The notes under the pieces were generated by a model. That model ran no database searches and was not told the DNA's origin. It saw only the letters and a program-made list of their open reading frames with translations. A program made the translations under genes and the position numbers. DNA of 27,373 nt, from contig JAURAC010000034.1 of the NCBI GenBank assembly GCA_030586555.1, positions 1 through 27,373 on the forward strand, given 5' to 3'. Positions 8,278 through 17,915 of the stretch are shown here, in pieces; position 1 is the stretch's first letter; each line of letters starts with the position of its first letter. This DNA is from Candidatus Subterrananammoxibius californiae (GTDB taxonomy: Bacteria > Planctomycetota > Brocadiia > Brocadiales > Subterrananammoxibiaceae).

Positions 8278-9303
8278 ACTTACCATCCTGTGTTCATATT
8301 GACGTTTATAGTATTCGAGAAACTCTCCCGATTTTATCTTTCTCCACCAATCTTCATTTTTTAGATACCACCTTACTGTGCTTCTTATGCCCTCTTCGTA
8401 TTTAATCTTTGGTTGCCAGCCGAGCTGTCTTATCTTTGTAGAATCGAGCGAATATCTCCTATCGTGTCCTTCCCTATCAAGGACGTGTTCGATTAAGGAA
8501 TGCGGCTTCTTAAGTTCGTCAAGGATGAGGTGCGTAGTTTCGATATTTGTGTGCTCATTATTGGCGCTGATATTATAGACCTCGCCATTTTTGCCATGTC
8601 TAATCAGGAAATCTATAGCCTCGCAGTGGTCTTTTACATGGAGCCAGTCCCGCACCTGCATCCCATCGCCATAAAGAGGCAGTTTTTTATTCTCGATAGC
8701 ATTCGTGATAAAAAGAGGCACAAGCTTCTCCGGGTATTGATTTGTTCCGTAGTTATTGCATGCCCTTGTGATTATGACAGGCACTCCATAGGTGACCCAG
8801 TATGAATAAGCCAATCGGTCGCCACCTGCCTTGCTTGCAGCATAAGGATTTCGAGGATTAATGGGGTCGGTTTCCTTGAATGAGCCTTCAGGTATAGCCC
8901 CGTAAACCTCATCAGTGGATATTTGAATGAACTTTTTAGCCCCCTGATTTCTTGCCACCTCAAGAAGCACATATACGCCCTTCATGTCAGTATCAATAAA
9001 GGCGCCTGCATCCATAATGCTCCTGTCAACGTGGGAATCAGCAGCAAAGTTTACAATCGTATCAACCGCATCCTCCTTTACAACATGTTCAACTAATTCT
9101 CTATTGCAAATGTCTCCTTTATAAAATTTGAAGTACCCGCTCTTGTGTAAATCATCTGTAATTTCTCTTAGATTCTCCATGTTTCCAGCGTATGTCAGCT
9201 TGTCAAGGACAACTGTCTGTCCGCCTGAGGCGGACTGGTTGACCAGCATTCTTGCAAAGTGACTGCCTATAAAACCGGCGCCACCTGTAACTAATATTGA
9301 CAT
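8263..9303 (-). CDS. rfbB: dTDP-glucose 4,6-dehydratase
   Basis: ILVTGGAGFIGS, LDKLTYAGN, NFAADSHVDRSI, STDEVYG, YAASK, NNYG..QYPEKL.P, RDWLHV.DH and GHDRRY motifs. Confidence 0.95.
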   Translation of the reverse strand: MSILVTGGAGFIGSHFARMLVNQSASGGQTVVLDKLTYAGNMENLREITDDLHKSGYFKFYKGDICNRELVEHVVKEDAVDTIVNFAADSHVDRSIMDAGAFIDTDMKGVYVLLEVARNQGAKKFIQISTDEVYGAIPEGSFKETDPINPRNPYAASKAGGDRLAYSYWVTYGVPVIITRACNNYGTNQYPEKLVPLFITNAIENKKLPLYGDGMQVRDWLHVKDHCEAIDFLIRHGKNGEVYNISANNEHTNIETTHLILDELKKPHSLIEHVLDREGHDRRYSLDSTKIRQLGWQPKIKYEEGIRSTVRWYLKNEDWWRKIKSGEFLEYYKRQYEHRMVSKSAK

Positions 9304-9317
9304 ATTTCAAAAAACCT

Positions 9318-11072
9318 TTAAGCCGTTACTTTCGCTGCTTCGAGGTTTGCAAATACGTCCTCTAATGTCTTATTCAAATTTGTTATATGAGAGGAGAATT
9401 TGTCTTCAGGCACCTCTTTAAGCCTCGATACATCTTCCCTCACCGGAAGGTCAAGAAGAGTGTCAATTTGAACACCCTTATCTATCTTCTCTTTGCACTT
9501 CACGTAAAAGGCTAAGAATGCTTTTAACATTCCATATTGTTTTTTCATCGAGCAAGAGCCGTCTACAGGAGAAAAAGCGTTCTGTTGTAAGAAACCCTCG
9601 CGTATCATTCTTGCAACCTCAAGAATGAGTCTTTCAGAGTCCTGAAGCGCATCGGGACCTACCAGTTGAACGACCTCCTGGAGTTCTGCATCCTTCTGTT
9701 GTAGATGTATCATCTCCTCTCGGACGTTATCCCAATCATCCGTTACGTGCTTAGTAAACCAGTTTTTTAACTGTTCGTAATAGAGGGTGTAGCTCCTTCC
9801 CCAGTTTATAGCGGGGTAGTGGCGCCTGTAAGCAAGGCTTGCATCGAGCGCCCAAAGGGCGCCGGCAACGCGCTGGGAGCTTTGTGTTACTGGTTCAGAG
9901 AAATCACCACCAGCAGGAGAAACTGCGCCAACAACGGTTACCGAGCCCGTTCTTGTACCACTGCATACACATTCTACCCTGCCCGACCTTTCGTAGAAAT
10001 TTGCTAATCGTGTTCCTAAGTATGTAGGGTAGCCTTCTTCGCCAGGCATTTCCTCAAGTCTTGAGGAAATCTCGCGCAGCGCTTCTGCCCATCTGGATGT
10101 AGAATCAGCCATAAGGGCGACGCTATAGCCCATGTCACGGAAGTACTCGGCTAAGGTAATTCCAGTGTAAACAGACGCCTCACGTGCCGCCACTGGCATG
10201 TTAGATGTATTTACAACAAGAACCGTCCTGTGCATAAGGGGACCGCCGGTTTTGGGGTCTATAAGTTCCGGGAATTCTGTTAAGACATCGGTCATCTCAT
10301 TGCCCCTTTCGCCACAGCCTACATAGACAATCACGTCTGCGTTTGAATACTTTGCAAGTGTCTGCTCTACAACCGTTTTGCCTGTGCCGAATCCGCCGGG
10401 GACAATGGCAGTGCCTCCGAGGGCTATGGGGAATAGCAGGTCAAATACACGCTGGCCAGTGATGAAAGGTTCGTCCGGGCTGAGCTTTTTCTTGTAAGGT
10501 CTTGGTTGCTTAACGGGCCATTTGTGCATCATTGTAAGTTCTTTACCTTCTTTAAGGAGAACAACCGTATCGCTTACCGTGAACTCACCTTTTTTTACCT
10601 CTGCTACAGTACCTGAGACATTTGGCGGGACAAGTATCCTGTGTACCAAGCTCTTTGTCTCCTGAACCTCACCAAGTACATCGCCTTCCTGAACTTTATC
10701 ACCAACTTTAACCTTTGGCTCGAACTTCCATCTCTTTTCCCGCGAGAGTCTATCAATAATTAAGCCTCTCGATATAAAATATCCTGATTTCTTTTCAACC
10801 TCGGCGAGGGGTCTTTGTATGCCATCGAATATGCCTCCTAATAAACCAGGACCGAGTTCGACTACGAGAGGCTCATTCGTGGTTTCCACTGGTTCGCCGA
10901 TAAATAATCCTGATGTATCTTCATACACCTGGATGAATGCAGTGTCTCCATCGAGCCTTATAATTTCTCCTATTAGTCCAAGTTTGCCTACACGAACAAT
11001 ATCATACATCCTTGTTCCCGACATGCCGTCAGCGATGACGGCGGGTCCCGAAATTTTTACAATTTTGCTCAT
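9318..11072 (-). CDS. atpA: V/A-type ATP synthase catalytic subunit A (NtpA)
   Basis: P-loop [31 protein letters not shown] and [11 protein letters not shown]. Confidence 0.98.
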   Translation of the reverse strand: MSKIVKISGPAVIADGMSGTRMYDIVRVGKLGLIGEIIRLDGDTAFIQVYEDTSGLFIGEPVETTNEPLVVELGPGLLGGIFDGIQRPLAEVEKKSGYFISRGLIIDRLSREKRWKFEPKVKVGDKVQEGDVLGEVQETKSLVHRILVPPNVSGTVAEVKKGEFTVSDTVVLLKEGKELTMMHKWPVKQPRPYKKKLSPDEPFITGQRVFDLLFPIALGGTAIVPGGFGTGKTVVEQTLAKYSNADVIVYVGCGERGNEMTDVLTEFPELIDPKTGGPLMHRTVLVVNTSNMPVAAREASVYTGITLAEYFRDMGYSVALMADSTSRWAEALREISSRLEEMPGEEGYPTYLGTRLANFYERSGRVECVCSGTRTGSVTVVGAVSPAGGDFSEPVTQSSQRVAGALWALDASLAYRRHYPAINWGRSYTLYYEQLKNWFTKHVTDDWDNVREEMIHLQQKDAELQEVVQLVGPDALQDSERLILEVARMIREGFLQQNAFSPVDGSCSMKKQYGMLKAFLAFYVKCKEKIDKGVQIDTLLDLPVREDVSRLKEVPEDKFSSHITNLNKTLEDVFANLEAAKVTA

Positions 11073-11092
11073 TTTCTTTCCTCAATAATAAA

Positions 11093-11425
11093 TTATCTTA
11101 TTTTTATCTGATAACCAATTGCACGCCTAATCATTTCAACAACGTAAGTATTATCAGCAGGCATCTCGAGCTCCTGCCAGATTAATTGCAGTGGCAGAGG
11201 GACGAACAGCGGTGTGCTACTCTCTTCTATAAGCCGTTTTGTATAGTCGTCAAAGGTTCGTTCGAAGGCTTCGTCTATTACAACAATCCCATATTCCTTG
11301 CTCTTAATGGCGTCTAAAAGGGATTTCTTTGCCAGTTCAGGTGTGTCTACTCCCAATACGCTAATACCAGCAAATTTAAGCCCCTTGACAATGTCACTAT
11401 TTGCAATGGCAAGAATTTTATACAA
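11093..11425 (-). CDS. atpF: V/A-type ATP synthase subunit F
   Basis: D.V.GLKFAGI and C-terminal MIRRAIGYQI; sits between C and A; TTG start overlaps the atpC stop. Confidence 0.9.
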   Translation of the reverse strand: MYKILAIANSDIVKGLKFAGISVLGVDTPELAKKSLLDAIKSKEYGIVVIDEAFERTFDDYTKRLIEESSTPLFVPLPLQLIWQELEMPADNTYVVEMIRRAIGYQIKIR

Positions 11426-12509
11426 AGACCAGGTCTCCTTTTATAATATTTACAGGCACGGCATGTGCCTTGCCTCTTGCAATAATCCTCAGGTTCATAA
11501 ATTCGTTAAGCTTGCGTCCAAGAAAGCCAAGTATTATTGATATAGAGAGTGGGTCCTTTTTGTACAGATGACTCCATTTTTCCGATGTAAATGCCTCGAG
11601 AAAGCGTTCAATAGTAGAAAGTTTGCGTGTTTTGGTGTAAGCTGAAATAGCCTTTTCCATTATTGAAGAAAACTTTGAGTTTCCAAGGGTACCAAGTGCC
11701 TCCTCCAATGTTGCACATTTAGAAAGCGCAAGAAGGAAGCTGTATTCTAAGCTACCCCCTGAAATAAACATCGCCTCACGTGGTCCACCTGGGGTGGATT
11801 GAAGCAGAGGTTTAACCTCTGTTCCAACAGATACCTTTTCGCTTAAGAGCTTTAGTGTGTTGATTATATTTGCAAAGTCAATGTGTTCTACGATAAGACT
11901 TTTCATTATATGCTTATTCTCACCTTCACCCTTAGTTTCTTTAAGTGCCCATTCAAAGTATAAATTATCAATAGCCCTTTCCAATCCTAGGATGTCACCC
12001 TTTTCCATAAATTCAGGGAGCGCTTTTGCAATAAGGGTGGCAAAATGAAATCCCCATGTTACAAGCATATCTACAACCGTCTTAATATCTGGCTGGTTTG
12101 CCAGTTCTGCCAGCTTTGGTTCATCAAGCTCACCAACTGGTACGAAAGCGGCTACTATTTCTTCTTTAGAACGGCCTACCTTCTTTCCTCTTAAAATAGT
12201 CTTAATATTGAAGATGTCCCATCTGTTAAGAAGGATACACGTCAGGCTTCTCGGTTCGCCACTGGTCATGCGAAGTATTTTACTGAACGTTCTGCTGAGG
12301 TTGTGCCGAAGCGCCTTCTCTATTGCATTAAGACCGGAGCTTTCTGCCAGTGCGACAGATATATCTTCTCCATAAAGTGTGGTACCCTGCAAGGTTTCAA
12401 CCAGGTTACCTAACTCAGGCTGATTAAGTAATTCCTGAAAGAATTTACTTTTGAACAAATCCCTGTTCATTGACCTGACTCTTGCATTTAAGTATCCGTA
12501 GTCGTCCAT
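11418..12509 (-). CDS. atpC: V/A-type ATP synthase subunit C (d-like)
   Basis: MDDYGYLNARVRSM, RWDIFNIKTILRGK and EFMNLRIIARGK. Start set at ATG 12509 behind SD AAGGA. Confidence 0.92.
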   Translation of the reverse strand: MDDYGYLNARVRSMNRDLFKSKFFQELLNQPELGNLVETLQGTTLYGEDISVALAESSGLNAIEKALRHNLSRTFSKILRMTSGEPRSLTCILLNRWDIFNIKTILRGKKVGRSKEEIVAAFVPVGELDEPKLAELANQPDIKTVVDMLVTWGFHFATLIAKALPEFMEKGDILGLERAIDNLYFEWALKETKGEGENKHIMKSLIVEHIDFANIINTLKLLSEKVSVGTEVKPLLQSTPGGPREAMFISGGSLEYSFLLALSKCATLEEALGTLGNSKFSSIMEKAISAYTKTRKLSTIERFLEAFTSEKWSHLYKKDPLSISIILGFLGRKLNEFMNLRIIARGKAHAVPVNIIKGDLVFV

Positions 12510-12526
12510 AGTTATTCCTTTACTGG

Positions 12527-12648
12527 TAGACAACGATGTTTACCATCGTTGATTCCTTATAGCATGGACAAACAAGCATGCCATGGCGACATGCCGTGGT
12601 TTGTCCGTGCCACCCAAACATCAATGGACATAAAGACCATTGTCCACC
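12527..12648. repeat. Three palindromic elements between atpE and atpC
   Basis: CAACGATG-TTTAC-CATCGTTG (12531-12551); GCATGGACAAAC...GTTTGTCCGTGCCACC (12562-12614) with an inner hairpin; TGGACA...TGTCCACC (about 12625-12648). Confidence 0.7.
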
Positions 12649-12659
12649 AAAGAATAATA

Positions 12660-13244
12660 TTACTTAAACAACGTCTTTGCAATAGCTTCTTTTACCGTCT
12701 CTTTGGCTTTAGTTATCCTTGATTCAAAGTTATTACGAACGGTAAATCGCCCGTCTTCACTGCTCATATCAAGTCCACCGCTAATACCATTGACAGTTTC
12801 AATGCGGAAAGGCTTCTGGAGTTCGCTCAGCTTGCGTTCGCAGCGTTCCTTATCCCCCGGGTTTACCTTAACAACAATCATGCTATCAAACTCTCTAACT
12901 GACTGTGCAACCATATCCTGGAAGATGTGGTCATAAACGTTCTTTTTCCTGAGTCCCTTTATTTCAGCCTCAACTGCATCAAGGATTCGCTGGATGAGGT
13001 TGTGTTTTGTTTTCAAAAGGGAGTTTTTTAACTCAAGCTCCGTTTTGCCAAGCCTTCGTGCACGCTCGAGTTGCAGTTGCTTCTCTGTTTGCCTCAAACG
13101 CTCTTCTTTAAGGTTTTTAGCCTGGATTTCAGCATCTGTTTTAATCTTTGTAATTTGCTCTTCCGCAGAACTGATGAGCTTTTCCTTTTCAGCCATTGCA
13201 TCCTTTTCCATCGTCTGAAGTAAACTTTCGTGACTTTTGTTCAT
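12660..13244 (-). CDS. atpE: V/A-type ATP synthase subunit E
   Basis: Coiled-coil N-terminus and C-terminal ISGG...SEDGRFTVRNNFESR...IAKTLF; sits between K and C. Start set at ATG 13244 behind GGAG. Confidence 0.9.
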   Translation of the reverse strand: MNKSHESLLQTMEKDAMAEKEKLISSAEEQITKIKTDAEIQAKNLKEERLRQTEKQLQLERARRLGKTELELKNSLLKTKHNLIQRILDAVEAEIKGLRKKNVYDHIFQDMVAQSVREFDSMIVVKVNPGDKERCERKLSELQKPFRIETVNGISGGLDMSSEDGRFTVRNNFESRITKAKETVKEAIAKTLFK

Positions 13245-13268
13245 CGAAGAAACTCCACACCATAACAT

Positions 13269-13321
13269 GTAGGGGTTTGATTTATCAAACCCTTATCGGG
13301 CACGATAAATCGTGCCCCTAC
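13269..13321. repeat. GTAG-REP doublet between atpK and atpE
   Basis: GTAGGGGTTTGATTTATCAAACCC-TTATC-GGGCACGATAAATCGTGCCCCTAC: two hairpins with GTAG/CTAC outer ends. Confidence 0.85.
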
Positions 13322-13332
13322 ATTCCTATGGT

Positions 13333-13686
13333 TTATCGTGTCAAAAGAAGTATTGCTATAACGAAACCCAATATGACCATGGTTTCAGGTATAACGAGAA
13401 AGATTAATACTGTTGGTAATATCTCTGGCCTTTCTGTTACAGAACCAACACCCGCAGCGCCAATTTTTCCCTGAGCAACGCCGGTGCCAACCGCTGCAAG
13501 CCCAATTGCTATGCCTGCACCGAGGGCTGCTAACCCTAATGCCAGGCCACTTTTCTCTGGCTTTGCAGCCTTCTCCTCTCCCTGGGCAGCCTCTTCTTCA
13601 GGTGCTGCTCCATAACAGGCGTAAACTGATATAAATGATAAGGCTAAAAATAAACTTAATGTCGCAAAAATGGCTCCTTTCTTCAA
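13333..13686 (-). CDS. atpK: V/A-type ATP synthase proteolipid subunit K (c/L) with N-terminal signal-peptide-like extension
   Basis: GAGIAIGLAAVGTGVAQGKIGAAGVG...ERPE...LVIPETMVILGF; a single hairpin with the conserved Glu; TTG start behind SD GGAGGTG. Confidence 0.93.
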   Translation of the reverse strand: MKKGAIFATLSLFLALSFISVYACYGAAPEEEAAQGEEKAAKPEKSGLALGLAALGAGIAIGLAAVGTGVAQGKIGAAGVGSVTERPEILPTVLIFLVIPETMVILGFVIAILLLTR

Positions 13687-13688
13687 TC

Positions 13689-15653
13689 TTATTCACCTCC
13701 TATCTTTCTAAATGGTTCATAAGGTCTTCCACCCGGAACAAAAAACTTTGTAAAGAATTCTACGTAAAGTAACCTTAAGGATTGTATTGTTGGGGTAAAT
13801 ACATGTAAAAGAAGGTTGAACAAATGTACGCCAGCAAAAATGGTCATTCCAAGGACGACATTGCTGAACATATCCTTAAATACTATGGCTACCATAGTAA
13901 AGGCTACCGATGCCATCCCAAGCGCCATAAGACGTGCGTAGGAAAGTACGTTACCAACAAGTGATATAAGCTCTAAAGAAGCCACAAACCCTCCTGTATA
14001 AACCAGTACCGGTAGCGAGACTATTGCCATTCCCAACCCTATAGGTAAGAATACTCGTGGTAGAAGATTCATAAGGTCTGGAATTACAAGGAAGTTTCCC
14101 CCAAGGCTGGCAAAGAAGATGCCTATTAATACACCGAGCCTTGCAATACCTTCAATGGCGTGTTTGGTGTGCCTTCTCTTGAATGATACCAATATTCCAA
14201 GGAATAAGGCAAGTACGATATGAACGAGCCCGATGTTTACGGTTAGCAGGAGGTAATTCATGACAACCTGTGTATTTGCGACGTGTGCCCTTGCTAATTG
14301 TGGGATTGCGGGCTTAAACCATTCCTGCTCGCCAAAAAATTCTCCATAAATGAAGCCAAAAAAGATGGATGATATTGCCATGATGATGGTAAGTATGGCA
14401 ATATCCTCCAATATTTGCTTCTTCCTCCCCTTAAAATAAACAATTATTCCTACTAAGCCAAGCACCCCGCCATAGCCTACGTCCCCTAAAATTATGCCAA
14501 AAAATAGCGGGAAGAAGAAGCAGACAAGCGCTGATGGGTCAATTGTCCCATACATTGGAATGGAGAAAAATTTTATAAGGTTTTCAAAGGCACGAACTGG
14601 TAAGCGATTCTTAAAAGTTACTGGAACCTGGTCTTCCTGACCGTGCTGGATAGTTAATTCGTTAAGTAAGACTTCGCCGTGAAATTTGCTTGTAAGTAAT
14701 GACTTTAACTCTTCAATTCCTTCTGTTGGCACCCATGCCTTTATTACGAATATATATCTTGAGTGGGCAAAGTTTATTGTCGCTTCGTATTGTAAAAGCT
14801 GGTCATGGTTTGCATTCCTGAGGGCTAATATTTTTGGGCCATTTTCAAGAAAGAAATCCGAAATTGCCTTTTGTGCCTTTTCCAGTTCCTTTGGCAAATC
14901 CTGAAGTCTCTGGCGCAATAGTACAATGGCTTCTTCAAATGGCTTATCTTTAAATTCGGCTGGTACCCTTAATTCGCTAATGCCCTCGCCAAGAAGCAAG
15001 TCTTTAACGCCATCGGCGTAGCGCTTCTCATACCCAATCATTGCCGCTATTCGGTTCCCGCCCATTTCGGCAGGGAACAGGGCATAATTGCTCCTTGTGA
15101 TTTCTTCAAGCTGCTCCTCAAGAGGCTTCAGGATGTCCTTTTGTCTCTTATCAATTATTATTCCTAAAAAACCCCAGGCAGCTTTCTTTTCATGTTTAGA
15201 GATAAGCGGTAAGAGCGACTTTATCACCCGCTCATATTCTGAAACAACGCTCTGTTCCTCAAGCAAGCTTGATTGTAACTTGACGAGGGGGCGCACCTTT
15301 TCCTGTATAGATGTGGCGAAGAAAAGACCGTCCTTTGGAGGCATAGTGGCAACCTCGTCCCTTATCCACTTTGTGCTTTCCTTATCTTTTATTGCCGAAA
15401 GTGTCTTCTTGGGAATGTGATTAATTATCTCCTCGAGCGTCTTCTTTAGTTCTTCTCGAAGTTCTTTATCCCTTGCCTGGTTTTCGTCAAATATTATCGG
15501 CTTCAGGAATGCTTTTTCTGGTCCGCCTGAGGTGGATTCTTCTATTGGCAACTTTTGTAGATGGAGCTTGCCCCATGACTGGAGTTTGTCTAAGGCGTCT
15601 TGAAAGTGCTTTCTTGAACCGATAATTTCAATCTTGCTCATCGGGGTTAACAT
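13689..15653 (-). CDS. atpI: V/A-type ATP synthase subunit I (a)
   Basis: P.YGTIDP, FFPLFFGIILGDVGYG, GFIYGEFFG, NVLSYARLMALG and LRLLYVEFFTKFF..GG.PY.PF. Confidence 0.96.
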   Translation of the reverse strand: MLTPMSKIEIIGSRKHFQDALDKLQSWGKLHLQKLPIEESTSGGPEKAFLKPIIFDENQARDKELREELKKTLEEIINHIPKKTLSAIKDKESTKWIRDEVATMPPKDGLFFATSIQEKVRPLVKLQSSLLEEQSVVSEYERVIKSLLPLISKHEKKAAWGFLGIIIDKRQKDILKPLEEQLEEITRSNYALFPAEMGGNRIAAMIGYEKRYADGVKDLLLGEGISELRVPAEFKDKPFEEAIVLLRQRLQDLPKELEKAQKAISDFFLENGPKILALRNANHDQLLQYEATINFAHSRYIFVIKAWVPTEGIEELKSLLTSKFHGEVLLNELTIQHGQEDQVPVTFKNRLPVRAFENLIKFFSIPMYGTIDPSALVCFFFPLFFGIILGDVGYGGVLGLVGIIVYFKGRKKQILEDIAILTIIMAISSIFFGFIYGEFFGEQEWFKPAIPQLARAHVANTQVVMNYLLLTVNIGLVHIVLALFLGILVSFKRRHTKHAIEGIARLGVLIGIFFASLGGNFLVIPDLMNLLPRVFLPIGLGMAIVSLPVLVYTGGFVASLELISLVGNVLSYARLMALGMASVAFTMVAIVFKDMFSNVVLGMTIFAGVHLFNLLLHVFTPTIQSLRLLYVEFFTKFFVPGGRPYEPFRKIGGE

Positions 15654-16009
15654 TTTTCAATCTCCGGCAAGATTAACTTAATGGCAACCTTTTTTGCATC
15701 ATCGAGATGTTTCTCAGCATTTTTTTGCAGGGTTTGTACTTCCTTCTGGAATGCTTGTACAATATTTTGCGCTTCCTGCTCTATTTGTTTGACGCCTGCT
15801 TCGAATTTTTCTTGTGCGAGCCGCGGGAGTTCCTCTTTGGCTTTTTTTATGTATGTCTCTGCCTCTGTGCGTGCAACACGTATCCTTTCCTCGCACTCCG
15901 CCTTGGTTCTTTCAAGCATAGCCTCGAGTTCCTTTTCTTTCTCGCCAATTAGCGGGAGTAGCGACTTATCTTCGACTTCCTTTATTGCCTCTTTGGGATG
16001 TTCTATCAT
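15647..16009 (-). CDS. V/A-type ATP synthase peripheral stalk subunit G (H)
   Basis: 120-aa E/K/A-rich coiled coil ending in ...KLILP; first ATPase gene, overlapping the atpI start. Confidence 0.8.
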   Translation of the reverse strand: MIEHPKEAIKEVEDKSLLPLIGEKEKELEAMLERTKAECEERIRVARTEAETYIKKAKEELPRLAQEKFEAGVKQIEQEAQNIVQAFQKEVQTLQKNAEKHLDDAKKVAIKLILPEIEKC

Positions 16010-17304
16010 TATTTGATTCCTTTCATTACCTCGGTACTTGCCTTAATGGTGGCTTCTATCTCTTTTTCACCATGTGCTATAGATACAAACACTGCTTCAA
16101 ACTGTGAGGGGGCTAAATAAATCCCTCTTTCCAGCATACCTCTAAAATAGGCGGCATATCTTTGTGTATCACTTTTTTTTGCAGTTGCATAATCAGTTAC
16201 TGGCTTATCGGTAAAAAACGTGCAAAGCATTGAGCCAACCCTCGTATGACAAGTTGGCACGCCGGCATTTCTGGCAGAGGTTTCGAGACCTTCGCCAAGC
16301 TTTTTCGATAAATTTTCCAATGTTTTGTAGGTGTCTTTTCCCTTGAGCTTTTCTAAGGTAGCAATACCAGCAGCCATCGCTACTGGATTGCCTGAGAGTG
16401 TTCCTGCCTGATATACAGAGCCGCTGGGCGCTAAACAGTCCATTATCTCTGCCCTTCCGCCAAACGCTCCAACAGGAAAGCCACCACCTATAATCTTCCC
16501 GAGTGTTGTCAGGTCGGGTGCCACACTGTAAAGTGTCTGCGCCCCGCCGTATGCTACACGAAACCCTGTCATCACCTCGTCGAATATAAGCACGATACCG
16601 TGTTTCCTGGTAATTTCCCTCAGCCCCTGAAGGTAACCTGGTTTTGGTGGCACAACGCCCATATTACCTGCGACAGGCTCTACGATAATACATGCCGTTT
16701 CACTCCCCCTGCGGTTGCAAACATCTTTAACAGCATCGAGGTCATTAAAAGGCAATGTCAGGGTATTTCGTGCATAATCTTGCGGGATACCAGGGCTTGT
16801 GGGTATCCCAAGCGTGGTTGCCCCTGAACCCGCCTGAATTAAGAGACCGTCAACGTGCCCATGATAGCATCCATCAAATTTTATTACAAGATTTCTTTTT
16901 GTATATCCCCTGGCAAGGCGAATTGCGCTCATCGTTGCCTCTGTGCCAGAGTTAACCATTCGTACCTTTTCAACAGAAGGTATTGCCTCTTTAATAAGTT
17001 TTGCCAGTTGTGTTTCTAATATAGTTGGGGCGCCGAAGCTTGTACCTTTCTGCAGTGTGGCATTGACCTTTTCAATAACTGCCGCGTGTGCATGACCAAG
17101 GATAAGCGGCCCCCAGGAACACACATAGTCTATATAACTGTTGCCGTCTATATCTGTAATCTTGCATCCCGAACCAGATGCGATAAAAAGCGGTTTACCA
17201 CCTACAGGACCAAAAGCCCTGACAGGGCTATTTACGCCACCGGGGATATATTTGCAAGCCTCAGCAAAGGCATCGTGCGACTTTTTTGTTACTAACTGTT
17301 TCAT
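16009..17304 (-). CDS. hemL: Glutamate-1-semialdehyde 2,1-aminomutase
   Basis: [42 protein letters not shown]-lysine LGKIIGGG and [10 protein letters not shown]. Confidence 0.98.
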   Translation of the reverse strand: MKQLVTKKSHDAFAEACKYIPGGVNSPVRAFGPVGGKPLFIASGSGCKITDIDGNSYIDYVCSWGPLILGHAHAAVIEKVNATLQKGTSFGAPTILETQLAKLIKEAIPSVEKVRMVNSGTEATMSAIRLARGYTKRNLVIKFDGCYHGHVDGLLIQAGSGATTLGIPTSPGIPQDYARNTLTLPFNDLDAVKDVCNRRGSETACIIVEPVAGNMGVVPPKPGYLQGLREITRKHGIVLIFDEVMTGFRVAYGGAQTLYSVAPDLTTLGKIIGGGFPVGAFGGRAEIMDCLAPSGSVYQAGTLSGNPVAMAAGIATLEKLKGKDTYKTLENLSKKLGEGLETSARNAGVPTCHTRVGSMLCTFFTDKPVTDYATAKKSDTQRYAAYFRGMLERGIYLAPSQFEAVFVSIAHGEKEIEATIKASTEVMKGIK

Positions 17305-17728
17305 TGATTAAATCCAAAACTCATGGCTCGACTTTTCGATTGCTGAACTTGTCGAAGCATTGAATCTGGGACTTTTTTGCATTCTTTATCTGAAGTGAAG
17401 TAGGGTAATCGAGGTGGGTTTAGACTTGGCTCGTAATTATACAGTTGCACTCGTCTTTTTGAGGTAGTAAATCAGACAAATAATCCCCCATAGATACATG
17501 GGGTAGAATTGTGTAGTTTCTAAAACTTTACAAAATTCGCCCCTCAGGGTCTGATATATATATATTCCTTTGTCCAATTACACGTAATTATTAGCTTTAC
17601 CCCAAAGACTCTGGGATAAAATAGCCTTTAGCCTCTATAAATGCTTACCCCCCTACCATTCCCCCGCTTACTTTTTCCAAAAAGTAAGGGAAAATTACTT
17701 AATCTTAACCCGTATTTATTAGGAGCTA

Positions 17729-17757
17729 AATCTAACATAAACTTTTTACGTTGTCAA
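17729..17757 (-). promoter_or_regulatory. Sigma70 promoter candidate for hemL and the V-ATPase operon
   Basis: Minus strand TTGACA (17757-17752), 17-bp spacer, TG-n-TAGATT (TAGATT at 17734-17729). Confidence 0.55.
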
Positions 17758-17773
17758 TAAAAATTTGTCTGCA

Positions 17774-17915
17774 TGTGGTAGCAATATAATAATGTCCTAT
17801 TTCTGCAAGATGAAAATGTCCTATTGTGAAGTAACTATAATGTGCTCTTTTAAAGGAGGACATCATGGTAAGAAAGGATTTGTACGAATTAAAAGAGCAG
17901 GGAATAGATAAATAG
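17774..17915 (+). mobile_element. Truncated IS left end (IS1202/ISNCY-like remnant)
   Basis: TGT at 17774, then two AATGTCCTATT boxes (17791-17801 and 17815-17825), TATAAT, strong SD AAGGAGGA and a 16-aa ORF MVRKDLYELKEQGIDK* (17865-17915). The layout resembles IS1202-group ends; family assignment is from recall. Confidence 0.55.

Noticed and set aside
10391..10400. TCCGCC half-sites in atpA and other genes as extra micro-palindrome copies
   Set aside because: There is no complementary arm; they are ordinary Gly-Gly codons, such as the P-loop PGGFG.
17305..17728. Riboswitch or known ncRNA in the hemL leader
   Set aside because: I could not recognise any conserved riboswitch core, only short hairpins. 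An Rfam/Infernal scan is needed to exclude one.
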